Origin: Lama guanicoe
Lineage: Eukaryota
DNA: 64,000 nt
Assembly: GCA_013239625.1 (NCBI GenBank)
Contig: MU053557.1
Coordinates: 2,572,123 to 2,636,122 of the forward strand
Direction: 5' to 3'
In this document: piece by piece, positions 24,901 through 38,980 of the stretch
Numbering within the stretch: position 1 is the first letter of the stretch
Layout: every line of letters starts with the position of its first letter
Translations under genes and position numbers: made by a program
Notes under the pieces: model-generated
Database searches by the model: none
Seen by the model: only the letters and a program-made list of their open reading frames with translations
Told to the model about the DNA's origin: nothing

Positions 24901-25756
24901 CATAAAGCTACTTAAGTTCTCTCTGCCTCAGTTTCTTTATTTGTCAGCTGGGGAAAACAGTGTCTTCCTCATAGGGCTCTTTGAGGATTAAATGAAATGC
25001 TGTGTGTAGAGTGTTTAACACAGCACTGGGCTTCTAATAAGGGTTCATAAATGGCAGGTGATATGAGAATTAGCAAATTGGGCAACTATTCTGCAATAAT
25101 GACATGCTGCTCTGACAGTGTGCACTTTATCCTGTGATGATGTCACATGTCCTAGTTCCTCTCTGTAATACTGCCGGGAGGAAAGCCGCCCCTCCTTCCT
25201 GCCTTTATTAGTATTCCCCTGCTCTTCTGCCCCCAATCTCACTCCCTCATCTCCCCTCACCAAACGCCTTGTCCTCAAGAGGCCTGAAATGCAACAGCCA
25301 CATTATGAAGTGGGCTTTCAGCAACGATTTGGCTGCTCTAACAGAAAAGGGCCTCTGGCTCCTGATATGTGGACATCACTTGGGTTGGTCATGTCTGCTG
25401 GCGCTCCTTGCAAGTCTGCTAAGTGTAAGATGAGTGTATTCAGCCCAGCTTGTACTGGGACAGGAGGGAGGAAGGCTTTCCTAGATGCTGGGTTGAATTT
25501 AGAACTTTCTATCTATACCCTTCTGGCCCTACTCTCTGGATATTGGCTGCATAATGAGCTGCTTTTTAGGGTGAGAAAATGAAACATAGGCCATATTTAT
25601 ACAGTCTCTTGATTAGCTACTGATCAGAGATCAGAGTAAATTTGCTACAGTGGCTTAGAAGAACCCAAATCAGTGAATTTTAATACCACATATTTTCTAC
25701 TGCTTGGCTTTAGAATGTATCCCATGCCAACTGGAAGAGAATTCTTATGTTTTTCT

Positions 25757-25798
25757 TATTATATTATATTATATTATATTATATTATATTATATTATA
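25757..25798. repeat. (TATTA)n pentanucleotide microsatellite, about 8 units
   Basis: tattatattatattatattatattatattatattatattata. Confidence 0.92.
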
Positions 25799-28700
25799 CT
25801 ATGTTTTTTTATTATGAATGATAAATTACTATATGGACAAATAAGGGATATTACAGGTAAAACACAAAGAATAAAAACCTAAAATCCTTCCAGTTAAGGA
25901 CAATCACAGTTAACATTTTGCACAGATCCTTGTAGTATTTTTTCTATGCGTTTTTTGAAGAGGGGTATAAACCTATAATAATATTGCATTTTATTTCTCA
26001 TTTTATTTTCTCTTTTTCAATACACAGGTAGTACAAATAATTGAAAAAAAATGAAAAAGAACATAAAAGTAAAAAAATCAAAATCTCCCTCAGTTTTACT
26101 AGACAAAGATAACTGTCATGAAAATTTAGTGTATCTTCTTCTATTATATTTGTGTGTGGAATTATATAACTGCTTTTAATAGATATTACATGCAATACAT
26201 AGTTTATAATATGCTTTTTCCCCCTAATCATTTATCTATCTATACCAACACCTATTTCCACAAATATGTAATTTGTAATAGTGAGAATTAGTTAATAATT
26301 AAGGTCTAATAATAGGAGATTTATCAATTAATTATAGGGGGAAAAAAAAATCACACAAGGGACTACTATGCAGCCATCAAAAACGTTATGGTACTTTAGA
26401 AGAAATATTTAACCATTAGGAAGATATTCCTCTTTTTAAGTGTTATTATTAAATCAAAAATGTGGTTGCAAAACAGCTTTTGGAATTTGTCTTATTTTTG
26501 TTAAGAAACAGATTAATTCATGCCTCTTTGGTTTTTTCTTTAAAGGACATTAACAGGGGGTCTCCTTGGAGAGGAATATTTTTCTTATCTTCATTTTGCT
26601 TCTATGTATTTTCTAATTTTTTTTGCAAGGAACACGTATTACTTTCATAACCTGAAAAACAAATTAAGTATATTGTCTCCTTTCATCAAGGGTATTAAGA
26701 CAGAAGGAGACATCTAGCTAAAGCAATATGTCTTCATCTGGCAAATTATTTCAAGGTCTAGATTCACAATTGAACGTTGGTTTTATTTTTCATTCAAAAT
26801 TGTAAAGCTGGAAATGTGTTCTAGCAGAAGGTAAAAACTGTACCCAACTGTAATGAGATAAGCACAATATAAAAAAAGATAATTGATGGTGAATTCAATT
26901 CAATTCCCCATGGTTGGGATGCCTGGAGTCATTCTTGACTTTATTATTACACAATTTTTCTTGACTCAATGTCTCGAAGCTTTGTGGATAAAAAAGTCTA
27001 AGGACCATGTGGCTGTTACTATGAGTAATGACTCCTCCTTTCTTCTGGCTGGCTCTCTGAGTAGTTTATCATTACATGTGGCAGCTTTTAAACACAATCT
27101 TACCATCTATCTTCATTTTCTCTTTTATACAGTAATTCCCATTGTCTTCCATTAATTTTTGCATGTTAACCTATTTGGCTTAAGGGGAATTCTCAACCTC
27201 AATATTAGTATAAAAAAGAAAACCACATATGAGCATGGGAATTTTTCTTGTAAGAATCATTTTGAGATGCTGTTGGCATATGAAAGAGCATCCCAAATGG
27301 GGAGATAATATCCCTGTTAATCAAAAAACTATTTAAAAACTCAATTAACAGAACATTATGCTATATAATTAATCTTCATTGCATTTCACTGATTTCTTTC
27401 CCATCCCCCCCACAAAGTAGCTAATATGTCTTTGAATTTTATTGTAACAATCAATAGGCTAAATTTCACAATATGAAGTAAGCTAACTATAGAAGATAAT
27501 CTGATGCTTTTTCTCTGCCTGAAGTAATTAAGTCAAAATCATCAGAAGTTTCTTCCATTCTAAGGAGTGTTGAATCCGTAGACTCTTTGAGTGAAACTTG
27601 AACAGCAAAACTAAAGGGGAAGAAACTGAAACAAATTCATATGGACGGGAAATCAAGGTAAAAAAAAAACAGTAAACAAAATAATAAATACAGTTATGAG
27701 AAAGAATTAAGTTACTTGGAATCTAGAAAAACAGATGAGTGGAGATCTGGTCATGTTGAGATAAATTTTGCTCAAATAACCCTACGCTGGCTTTTCAGAA
27801 CTGTCATTTTGTAGTTTATACCCTGGCTTTTTACACTTGAGGGACTTTTTTTTTTTTGGTTCATATGCATTAAAAACTTTCCTCTCTTTCTTCATAAGAT
27901 TTAAATAAAACTCAGTGTAAAAACTGAGAAAATAAAGACAATAAAAGGGACAAATGTACAAGTCACCCATAATGCACAATCAAAATTAATCATGAGAAAC
28001 CTTTCAGTGTGTTTCCTTTGTCTTTAAAAAATGTTAATATATGTTTGATCAGAGTATACACATAGCCTGCATTTTTTTTCAACTTGACACATGAACATTC
28101 CCGTTTCTTGATGTATACTGGGGACAGGCAAAAAGCAAATCCCTTGTTTCTTGATTTATATTCAAATGGATACTTCTCAAAGACTCACACCCAGGGTGAA
28201 ATGAATCAGTCCCCCGCATATTTGCTTGGGAGAGGGTGTTTAATTTGTATATACTAATCGTCTTAGTTGTTAGGCTATTCAATTAGCACCCTTTCATATA
28301 TAATTTTATTCTGAATTGTTTTGAGTATAGACGGCTTCTTTCAGTAAGGGTATTCAGAACCCTTAGGGTTGGTAATTCCACTGTATAAAGGCTTACAGAA
28401 TTAATACGGAATCTGGCTCCCTATTCAATCCCTAACATCCTCTCTCTCTGACCTATTTACATCAACTCCCCTTAAACTAACACATGGTGTATGAAGAGCA
28501 TGAGGGGAGAAAGAGAAACCATTACTTGATCAGGTCTTTGATAGGGTCCTCTCTCTTTTTGACCTATGTTCCTAGGAGAAAGCTGACTGTGTTACAGAGA
28601 CACAGACATCTGCTTTCCACCCCCCCACCAGTATATTCAGGGATTAATAACTTCTATTGAGTGTGCCAAACACACAAGGACGGCATGTTGAGTTTCCTGA

Positions 28701-29030
28701 AATGTGTTCCCAGAATAACATTCAGGGAATCTTAAGACAGGAAGTCACATTCCAAAAACACCTGGAAATAATCTGTATTAGTCAAATACTGCAGATAACA
28801 AGTCTCACATAATTCAGTCATAAATTTGTTATTCTTTTTTTTAAAAAAAGAATAACTGCTATTTACTGAGGGCCTATTCTGTGCCAGGCATTCTGCTAGG
28901 CATCTTGCAAATATTATTTCTAAGTTTTCAACAGCCTGCAAGGTGAAAAGGAAAATGGAGTCTAAGAGAGATTGAAATATAGGGAGTCTGTCTCTGCAAA
29001 TACCAAACAAGACAAGTCACCTGCACATAC

Positions 29031-29196
29031 CATTAGTAGACAGGAGGAAGTAGGCTGCATTCTGCTGAGGAAGCCATCTTATTTTATTGATTTTTTCTTC
29101 TATTTCTAAACTCTTCAGGTAATCGAACTCAGGTTCATGGCTCTGGAATGTGCTGTAAACATTGTATTCACCCCTACGATGAACCTGGTTTTTACT
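29031..29196 (-). CDS. PPP2R2B: PPP2R2B internal coding exon, 166 nt: [55 protein letters not shown](D)
   Basis: Lies within ORF 29017..29232. Acceptor tttccttcctacag|AGT, donor AAT G|gtatgt; 55 codons plus 1 nt. Contains the PR55 signature [26 protein letters not shown] and PQQNAAYF are beta-paralog specific. Confidence 0.98.
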
Positions 29197-32084
29197 CTGT
29201 AGGAAGGAAAAGAAATACACAAAAAAACACACAAAAGATTAAATCACACAAGCCAGCTGCAAACTCACCAGTTCCTTCTTTTTTTTTTTTTTTTTTTGGG
29301 GAAGGTAATGAGGGGTGGGATGGGCTGTTTAATGCTGTTTCTTTTCTTTTCTTTTTTTTTCAACCCATGGAAATCCTCCTTAGCTCAGTGTCCCCAAGGC
29401 ATTTGGCATGCACCACTGGTGGCCAATAGTGGCACGTCCAATATTTATATATTTTTATTTATAAATTATATACATAAACTGCAGCACAAAGGGATGGTGT
29501 ACATCATAATACATGTGTAAGAAACAGAAGTTGAAATAGGACATGATTTTAAAATCAATATAAATAGAAGTTCTAATATTTTCTTTCTGTGTCCTAATGG
29601 ACATCTTGGACACCCTTAGGAGTAACCCATCCCATGCAGATGCCCACACAGACATGTATCAATTCCCCACCAAGAACACAAAGCTATAGCATCTGACCTT
29701 TCTTTAGCCTTTTCAGATCTCATCAAATCCTCACAACTTCTCTGAGTGGTGGACAGGAAAGGGAAATGGACAAAAGGGGCTCAGAGATATTAAAATTACT
29801 TCTTTAAGGTCACACAGCTTCTAAGCAGCAAACCTGGATAGCAGATCTCGCCCTCTACCCCCCCATCTTCCTTCCCCCAACATGAGTAACAAAACAGACA
29901 TGAGCACAGAGGTGACATGTGAGTCACTGGGAGAACAATGAGACATTCTGGCTGGCGCTCTCCCAGCTCCGATTATGCAAAGCGCACACAGCAGGAACTA
30001 AATAAATGATGAGAGAATGAAACATAAAGGAAGGGTGTACACAGAGGGGCAAGAGGAAGAAGAAAGGTGGATGGGAGGAAAAGACGGTGTTGAAAGAGAC
30101 AAACGGAAGGAGGGGAAAGAGGGAGGGGAGGTTTTCATTTCAGGTATTAAAATATCAGGCTTTGGAAAAATGTTCAAAAATTCAAATTTGAGTCTTATCA
30201 GACATTTGTTGTAAAACCTTAACTCTTAGGAAAAGGCTCAATTAAAAAATTTATATTTCCAGGTGGATACTGAACATTCAAACTAAGGTCTCAACTTACT
30301 AACCTAATGGGTGACGGTGCTGATGCCCAGGGTTTAAAGGTACTTGTGAGGGCACTGAGGTTCCTTGAGCAAATTCTCCAGGACTATGCCTCTTGAGGAT
30401 GCGCTCACAGAGGTCACCCATGGAAGTCGAAAGGAGGTCTGACTTAGATGTGGTCATGTGGTTCAAGCTCAGTGTTCAGTTCAATCTCCAGCCTCGCCAT
30501 AAAGCTCAACATTTAACTGCATGTTATTGTCCTCAACATTTATTCATGATTGAACAAAACCACCCTCCTTTGGAAAATGTGTCCCCCTTCATTCTACTAA
30601 TGAATCAGGCTTCCCAAATATTTCAGTAAATTAAAATAGGTGAAACCTATAAATAGCTAATGGGAAACGTGGAGCGGAATATTGCTGGCGACATGCTGTC
30701 TTGGGTAATTTATGCTAAATAGCTCCTTTGGTTTCTCTTTATCATCATTCTGAACCTAATTGGATTTTTTTTTTAAATTGAAGAAGAAGGTTTGAAAATC
30801 AATTTTTAAAGGACTCTAAAGACTGCCATACTTGCTCCCATCCTGTTTACTGCAGAGAGAGCGAGTCCACCTTAACAATAAATTTTTCAGATTGTTGATT
30901 TGGTACCATCCAAATCAGACTGTCAAGTGTGTGCAGGATGTGCCAGACCAATTAGCACCAGGCAGCTCTGGAAAAGCAGGAAAAATTCCAGGTCACGAAG
31001 AGCTATTAGTTCCTACTTGCCAACCACATTTTCGTGTTTCCAGGGCCAACGGAATAGGCTGGGTGCCTGATTTAATGCTGAACACTTGAATTTACACAGA
31101 ACCTCGAGGGATTACAATGCCCTTATAGAAATTAATTGCAAATAATGTGCAATTATCAAATATATCACCTCTAAATGAGGCTTTCCTTTTTTGAGGGGAG
31201 GTGTAACACAAATGGCTTTGAGGCACAAAGCAGGCTTTAAATTGCCAGGGAAGTCTCTGGTGAAACCCTCCTCCTGCTCTGGGCTTCCTGCTATGCTGGG
31301 CCGGGTGAATCTCCAAGGCAGGCGGCAGCAGATGGGAGAGTGACAAGAACACAGACTGGCCTGCTGGAAGCTCCGGGACCATGCCAAGGAAGGCCAAGGA
31401 AATCAAACTGGGCCATAATTCCAGTCTGACAAAACAGAAGCAGTCACCAAAAAATCTCAATTGATATAAAAAAGAGAAACAGTTCCCAGTGGAACCCAAG
31501 TATCAGGAAGAAACGGGCTTTTTGAAATTCAGTGGAATTAGAACTCCTGCTCAGAATAATACATAGAGCATTCAGCTGCAGGGAACTTCGTGTCACCTGT
31601 AGTCAAGTGGGGGCCAGATGCCTTGCTCAGATGTTGTTTTGTGGGACTGCACTCCCTTTGGTAGGGGGAGCCACCATTTTCTTCTCTTCGGACCCAAGTT
31701 ATCCTTTTCACATCTGTTAGCGGAAAGGCTATATTTTTGATCCTAGATTCTGTCAGAAGCCCTTGAATTTCAACAGCTGGAGGATAAAGCTCGCTCAAAG
31801 GGGGCATTATGCTCCCCAAGCACCCCTGGAATTTTGCAGGTCGGATGAGAAGTGAGGTCATTTTGAATGTGCAATACCCCGGCTTGGAAAACCAAGACCT
31901 TGCCCAGAAAAGGCTCTGTTTTGTGAGCCTGAGTGTGAAACTGTTGATGTTAATGACTTTTTGGCAGTTTTTAGTTTGCAAGCCAAGCAGCAAGGTTAAG
32001 GGCGACACATGAGGATTAAGGAACAGTAGGAGGCTTCCTTTAAAAAGAGAAGAAAATGGGCATTTTGCATTCACTGCCACTTAC

Positions 32085-32182
32085 CTCCTGCTCTCGTTGA
32101 AATATTACAACCCGACCCCCCTTGTCCCCTGTCGCTAGTAATTCTCCCGTGTGGTTGAATTCTACCGTAGAGATAATGTCAG
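32085..32182 (-). CDS. PPP2R2B: PPP2R2B internal coding exon, 98 nt: (A)[32 protein letters not shown]
   Basis: Manual reverse complement: ttgtcttcttcttttcag|CT GAC ATT ATC TCT ACG GTA GAA TTC AAC CAC ... GAG CAG GAG|gtaagt. Strong polypyrimidine tract and donor. Begins in phase 1, ends in phase 0. Not in the ORF track. Confidence 0.97.
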
Positions 32183-35100
32183 CTGAAAAGAAGAAGACAA
32201 AGGCAATTTAAGTAACTGCACACTTACTTTCAAACGACAGATAATAGACGTACTTTTCGGTGCATTTAAGGGCTTAGGGCTTTGTCTCTGCAGTGGAATT
32301 TACAAGGATTTTCTGTTCTGTATTTTAAGTGCCACTAGAAGGAAAATAAATTTCTAGATGCCCACACGGCCCTGTGGGCTCTTGGAACCAACGGAGAGAA
32401 CAAAAGCAAAAAAGCACCTTGAGAGCCTTTTGTTTTGGGCAAGAGAAAATGAATTTCTTTATGGCTCAGGGAAGTGGCAATTTTCTTTGATAATTTCGAC
32501 CAACCCCAGACTCTTGACCCGCCTGCGGCCTTCCTGCATGTCCTTTTTCTCTCCACTGAGAAACTTCCCCAAACAGGTTTCAACCGTGATATTCAAACGA
32601 GGGCAGAAGGCCGTGATAAATCAGGGCTGAGATGCTTGAAGCTCAGAGCCCAAAAACAGAATACAGAGGGATCATCAGGGAAACTCCAGGAGATGGAAGT
32701 TCAAGGAAGGACCCCAAAATGCTCCCTCTTTTCTGGTGAGCCTTAACACTCCCTGCTGGAAAAGCAGGACCTCACTGCAACCCCAGGAGAGAAGTGATGA
32801 GAAAACAGGGTCATGAGGTCAGAGGGGAGAGGGAAATCTGTCCTCCGTATTTCTAAGCAGAGAAAATACAGAGGCGCCAGGAACTTGGATCACAGATAAT
32901 TGCTGAAGGAATGCCAGCCTGCCAAGTCTTTCTTCAGTGCCGGTTACCCTCAGAGGAACACGGACAGGTAAATTACCTATGATTGGATTTATTAGGGCTA
33001 TTTTTAGAAAAATGTCAGAGGTTAATTCCTCTGCAATTATTCCCCTGCAGGGCTCCAACAATTGCTACCAAGAGTGCAAATGAGTTAAAAAAAAAAAAAA
33101 AGGAGGCAGGGGAATTATGACTGTGGCCTTTGACAGAGGAACATTCTGAAGATTATGTCCATGTGAAGAAGGCAAAGGGGAAACGGTGAGGTGGAAAACT
33201 AAGGCAATTACCCCTGAATAATTCAAATCTCAAATCTTACTTTAATATCATCATTTCGAGATTCTCTTTGTCTGCCTGACTTATTGAGTTCAGTAGTGTG
33301 AAATTCTCTACTTTGCTTCTGTCTTTTTCCTTACATGAGAACGCTTCTAATGGTCATTCTTTGTGCTGAAGGAAAAGAAAAAGGCATAAACTGTAGTCGC
33401 TTTCAACTCGGCACATTTAAAAGGATCATTCATGATTTCTGCTTTGGCGTCTTAGATGACTGACCCCAGTGGGAGCAGATTCAAACCCTAACGGGCCACG
33501 AGGTAACACGGACTGAGGGAAACCAGGTGAAGCAGGAAGCTTGTGTCCCCTCTTAAGGGACAAGTGGCTACTCGGCTTAAGTCAACCGTGACCATGAACT
33601 ATTCTGTTTTTTTTTTTTAAAAGAAGCTGGAATCCAGAGTATTATGCATGACCTCTTCAGTTTCATATATTGTCAACCAATTGCTTTTTTTCAGTGCCAC
33701 AACATTAAAAAAAAAACGTATAATCTTGTCTATGTGCTGAAAGTGGTTTGTGGGTGACCAGTTTCTGATGTCTGGTCTCTAGAGTCTTCCTTCAGAAAAG
33801 GCCACCCATTTCTTATTGATAACCTCAACTGGAAATCTCGCCCATTCACTCAAGAAGGCCCCTCCAGGTGAATACTCCTTTAAGGATACACAAAATAAGC
33901 AGCCAGGCTCCTCAGCCCCCGACATAAGCTTAGAAAAGGCCCTTTTCTAGAACAAATGCCCAGTGAGAAGCAGGGAAGCTCATCCAGGCTGGGAAGCCAG
34001 CCACTCAAGTGAATTATCAGCCACTTTCCTTTGTTATAGCTTGCCCATCTTAGCAAAGCACTCTCGTGTACAGGGGAGAGAAGAAGTCTGTTTAATGTTT
34101 GCAGTGGCCTCAGAATGCCCTGGTTGAAAAGCACTCAAGTGCTACGATACACTTCGAACACTAGTTACCGCTTCTGGCTTTTCAGTGAGTAGCTAGCAAT
34201 GGGGTTCTTCACGAAGCTTCCTGACTTTGGGTAGAACCAAAAGCAGACAATGGCTGTTTCTTTTCACTTTCAGGCTTCTGTCAGGGGCTAAAGAATGAGT
34301 CAAACACCTCCAGAGCAGAAAAGTAGCAGGGAGCAAAGAGAGGGGGATGGTGAGACCAGGCCTGAGGGGTTAACAGTACCAGGCTTGAGTCTTGAGGGCT
34401 AATATTCTGCTTAAGGGCTGTTTACATGCTTCTTCTCAGCAGCAGTGTTAACACAGATGCTGAAGTCCTAGGTGGGTTCCAGGGCCAGGATATTGACAAC
34501 TAAAAGATGGCCCTTCCCTTTCGGTGAGTTTGGGTATCAGAAGGAAGACTTAAGTAGCTTTTTCCAAGGTTAACCTCTGGCTCAGTTTCCAAGAAAATGT
34601 CACTCCAAGAAAAACAAAACTCAAATCTCCCAGGGATGACATTCACACTGTCTTTTTGCCTGGATTCTGCGAAAATGTCTTCACTTTCTTTAAGATTCAC
34701 TCAGGTCAAATCAAAGTAGGAGTCAAGCTCCAGTCGAAGCCACATGATCCAAGACAGTGTTATGAGAACTCTGCACTATGGGATATCAGGCTTGGTCCCA
34801 GCTATAAAAATGCCTCCTTTGTTTTCCAAGTGTTATCATTATTTGTGCTATGTCTCCATTGAGAACCTTGTCAGAGAAAGAAAGGGTGATTGGCGTGGCA
34901 GGATTCCAAAATTCCTTGGTCCTCTTGCCAAGCCCTTACCTTTATTTCAACCCTGCCAGGCAGTTGGTCTGTATATTCAGTTGTTTATATCCAGCTATTG
35001 TCTGCCTCCCATTAGAGCATACGTCATTGCAGCTCAAGTTAATACCTGTTTTGAACTTTCATGTTTCCTGACTCATTTATCAGTGCTAAGCCAGTAGGTG

Positions 35101-37319
35101 TAACCAGAATATTTTACTGCCCCATCCATCTTTGCCTATCTTCATCTACGACTATTTCATAATTGATCCAAAACTCATGAATCACCCCACATTCCAATTT
35201 CAAGATACGGAAACCTCTGATACGATACTCTTGCATTTGCAACATGCTCTTGGTAGAGCAGTTTACCTTCGAAGACATACCCTGCTCAAAACAAAAGAAG
35301 TTTTGTTGACTATAGAGAGAAGACAGGGCAATAATATTAAACTACCAAACTTCAAGATGATAACGTCATTTGAAATCATGGTCAAGAGAAATCATTTCAT
35401 CAAGTTCAACTAAAGTTCAATTCATCAAGTTCAGTGAGAGGACTTTTACCTTTAAAGATAAGTGTGACAGCTCATTTTGTGATAACACAAAATGACAACT
35501 CGTTCTCTTAAATGCCCAGCTGAATCACTCTGTTACGCAAAAAGCTATACACTTGGACATTTTCTCTCTGTCCTATTAAGATGTGGATGAAATGCATGTT
35601 TTCGACTAGAAACAAAAAGTGGAAGCCAAGAACAGTTATAGAAGTCAAATGTAGTTAACACGATTTTTTAAGGAAACCCTGGGAGGTATGACATTTGCCC
35701 CGCTCCACATCTATTTGTGCTGATTTAATTTCCGCAAGATGGTGGCCTGGTAACCCCATTTCTAGTTCCATAGGCACTGCTAAGAGCAAGTTTTTCATTT
35801 TGAAAATCCATCTCAGCATCCTTCAAAGATTCCAGACTAGCAAGCACATATATAATGTTTCCATTTACCTGAATAGTAGAAATTGACTTGGCAATTATAT
35901 GCATGTGGTTTTGAGGCTAAAGAAAAGGAAGGATCCCCTTGTTCAAGCCCTGGTCTCCCATGGTTACCATGCTAGGCTGGAGTCTCTGCAATGCCAGGAC
36001 ACTGGGCTGAGGACAGTTACTAGGTGATGCACATTTCAAATAGCAGGGTGACTTTCGATAAAATGATGGCTCAGTTTAGACTTAGGACTTAAATCCCAGT
36101 CCCCTGATGGGACAAGATCTTACTGACCAGGTTACTAGCACTGGCCTTTCAGCATCAATCACAGGGACTGAAATGAGAGGGAAATGCAATTTATTTTTCA
36201 GAGCCCACTGGAAGTTCTATTGTTCATCTCAGAAATGTCTGGGAGCTAATACTACGAAGTCACTGACCCTGCTTGTACCAGCTCTCTAGTTCTGCCCACT
36301 CAGCGTTTGGCCTTCTTCCTGATGATGAGGTCAGTTATAGCAGAATGTCTGCCATTAGGACAAGGATATCAGCAAGAATGGAAATAGGTTTCACAGCAAG
36401 TGACAATGGTGAACCGGTGGTAGTTGCCAGGAAGTTGTGCTGAAAAGGATTTGGGAGGCCACTTCCAGGCTGAAGTGCTGTGATTCACCGGCAGGGGGTC
36501 CTGCAGTCAGTGGGGGGAGGTGGCATGTGGATCCTTCGTCATTGCTACAGAGGGCCTTCCAGCTAGATTGGCCATGACTTTGTGGATCATTAAACAAACA
36601 GGGGATTCTTGGGCTTCCCAGTGGGAGTTAAAATTACTCCTTGCATCTACATAACCCTGTGGACTTCTCCTTGGGTTCCGGTTCACGGCCCAAAGTCAGC
36701 ATCCATTTTCTTGGATAAGGTTTTCTTTGGTAAGTTTTGATATACGAAATAGTGTGTTGGAGTGTATTTTCCATCAAAATAGTGCGGCAGGGGAGAAAGT
36801 CTGGTTATGGCCAAAGAAGCTATGCCCAAGTACTGCTACTGGAATTGTGCCAAAGTGGTCTTGTTAAAAATATTAGTATACTGTAAAATTTTTTAAAAAA
36901 GAATCAGGTAATGAAACAGTATATGTCAAATGATTGTAATTTTGTTCAAGTATCTTCATTTTCAAATTTATCTTTTTAAACTGGTAAAGCAACATATGCT
37001 TATTAAAACTTCCATTAACACCAAGATGATGATTAGAATATAGAATGAAATAGCCCCAAAGATAATAGTTAACTCCTATAAACACATACACACAAATATT
37101 CATAGGAGAAAGTCTGCCAGGGTGAGTACAAAATAATATTGTGGGGGATGTGGATGATTAAATTATTTTCTTACTGTGTTGTAATTTTTCAGTATTTCCA
37201 ATTTTTTTTACCTTGACCGTAAATACTTGAACAGTTTTTAAGTTATAAGCAATTTTAATTGATTTTCAAAGTAAATATAAGATTATACATTTACCTCAGT
37301 AACTTTTTAGATTTTTTAA

Positions 37320-37495
37320 AAAATTTATTTTTTAATCCCCATATGGTAAAATTTACTTTCTGTGGCATACAGTTTTATGGGTTTGGATAAATGCACATAA
37401 GTGTGTATCTACATTGCCACCATCATGAGATAGAACAGTTTAATCACTATACCCTCCGCCCCCAAGTTCCTTCATTATTGCTCCTTTCTAGTGAA
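37320..37495 (-). mobile_element. Old L1M 3' end
   Basis: atatggtaaaatttac..tacagttttatgggtttggataaatgcacat..ccaccatcatgagatagaacagtt is a typical reverse-complement L1MC/ME 3' end. Confidence 0.65.
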
Positions 37496-38432
37496 CAGTT
37501 TTTCAAAAATGAATAAAATTATGGTAATAAAATGAACTGATATGTATCTAAGAGCTTCCAAAGGTTAAAAATGCCGTGCAAATACAGATGCTTAATACTA
37601 TTGGTCTCTATACATATGGCATAACTCAATCTGCAGCCAACAATCATCTTCTCACTAGTCAGATTCAAAGATTTTATTTTTTACTCTTACTGTCTAGATA
37701 TTATCACTATTTAGAATTCTATTTTTAGAGTGCTGGGAAGCTCACTTCATCAATATACCTCTGTTAATCTGAATCGCAAACGAGGTTTTCTGCCCTTTGA
37801 TCTAAAGTTCCCTTTGCTTGTAACTGGGACTAGGTTTGAGTTCTTGATTCAGTAGCCTTAACTCAACTTGACACTATTTCTCATATTCCTTCAGCTTGGT
37901 CCCAGTGACAGAAGTAATAAATATAAAGTTCTGAGAAGTGATAACAATGGATCTAATCTTATTTACCCATTTTGATCTATTGGCAGAAGCTGCATACTGA
38001 GAAAGACTGAGAGGCCATAGCTGGGCTTGGTGGGAGAGTGCTATGATCAATTAGTTATGTCTGCCAAGGGCAGGGGAAAAAGCTACACCCATGCTGCACG
38101 CTTGCTATGCTGACCTACCGTGTTTAATATACACATTCTGTCGGATCCAGAGTTGATTCCTCTGTCACCTGACTAGTGTCTGGTATTGAGATACTGAATC
38201 CTTTTCCTTTCATTTGAATGTAACTAATTCTGTGCATACTGCTTTAAACTTCAATCTGGTGCTGGAAATCCTCTTAATTGAAAGAATGCAGGTAGGAGTG
38301 TCCAGCAGCCCCAATTCCCAAGATTTTATCTTAACTTCTATTTCATATATAACTGCAAGCACAGTGCTGGAAAATGGACACAGTTTAAATATCAGCCTGC
38401 CCACATAGACCAAGCTCACTACGGACAGGTAC

Positions 38433-38980
38433 TGTGCTGACACTCTTGGTTGGCTGCTCCTCCCGAGTGCCTTTCTGCCTTGCCTGTCTCCCAGTGCAGA
38501 GGCTGAAAAACCCAGATACTTGCTTCCCAGCCTTCCATATGGCTAGGAGATAACCATGTGACCCAAATCTGGCCAGTGAGGCATATAGCAAAGTCTGCTG
38601 AGGGGCAGGGTGGCAGAGATTCTGGGAAAAATTTTTCTTTGCTGAATAAAAGGGAGGAAGCAAGTGTAGGGAGGTCTCCTGGCTGCACCAACACACTCTT
38701 TGCATCCTACTGCTACCTTTGTCTCTGGTTATATGTGGCCATATGTGGAGCTATAGCAGCCATCATATGACCATGAGGTGACAAGTCTAAGGCCCAGCTG
38801 ACAGGCTGAGTATGACAGATGGAAGAAAGGCACAATGTCCCCGGTGACATCACTGAACTACAAAAACCTACCTTAGGGACAGCCTATATCTGAACTTGTT
38901 AAACAGTAAGATACCCAGTGGTTTAAGCCACTGCTATATAGATTTTCTGTTACGTGCTTCTGAATGCATAATAAGAGACA
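38433..38980 (+). mobile_element. MLT1 (MaLR) solo LTR, old subfamily (MLT1I/J/K-like)
   Basis: TG...CA ends. Motifs ccatgtgacccaaatctggccagtgag, gcagccatcatatgaccatgagg and gtttaagccactg..ttttctgttac. Confidence 0.8.

Noticed and set aside
31538..32080. 180-aa minus-strand ORF and other long track ORFs (e.g. 24262..24798)
   Set aside because: No recognisable domain. It starts immediately inside an intron and is consistent with chance ORFs.
35862..35890. Possible recursive splice site (minus strand tttctactattcag|GTAAAT)
   Set aside because: Weak pyrimidine tract and suboptimal donor; similar AG|GT strings occur elsewhere by chance.
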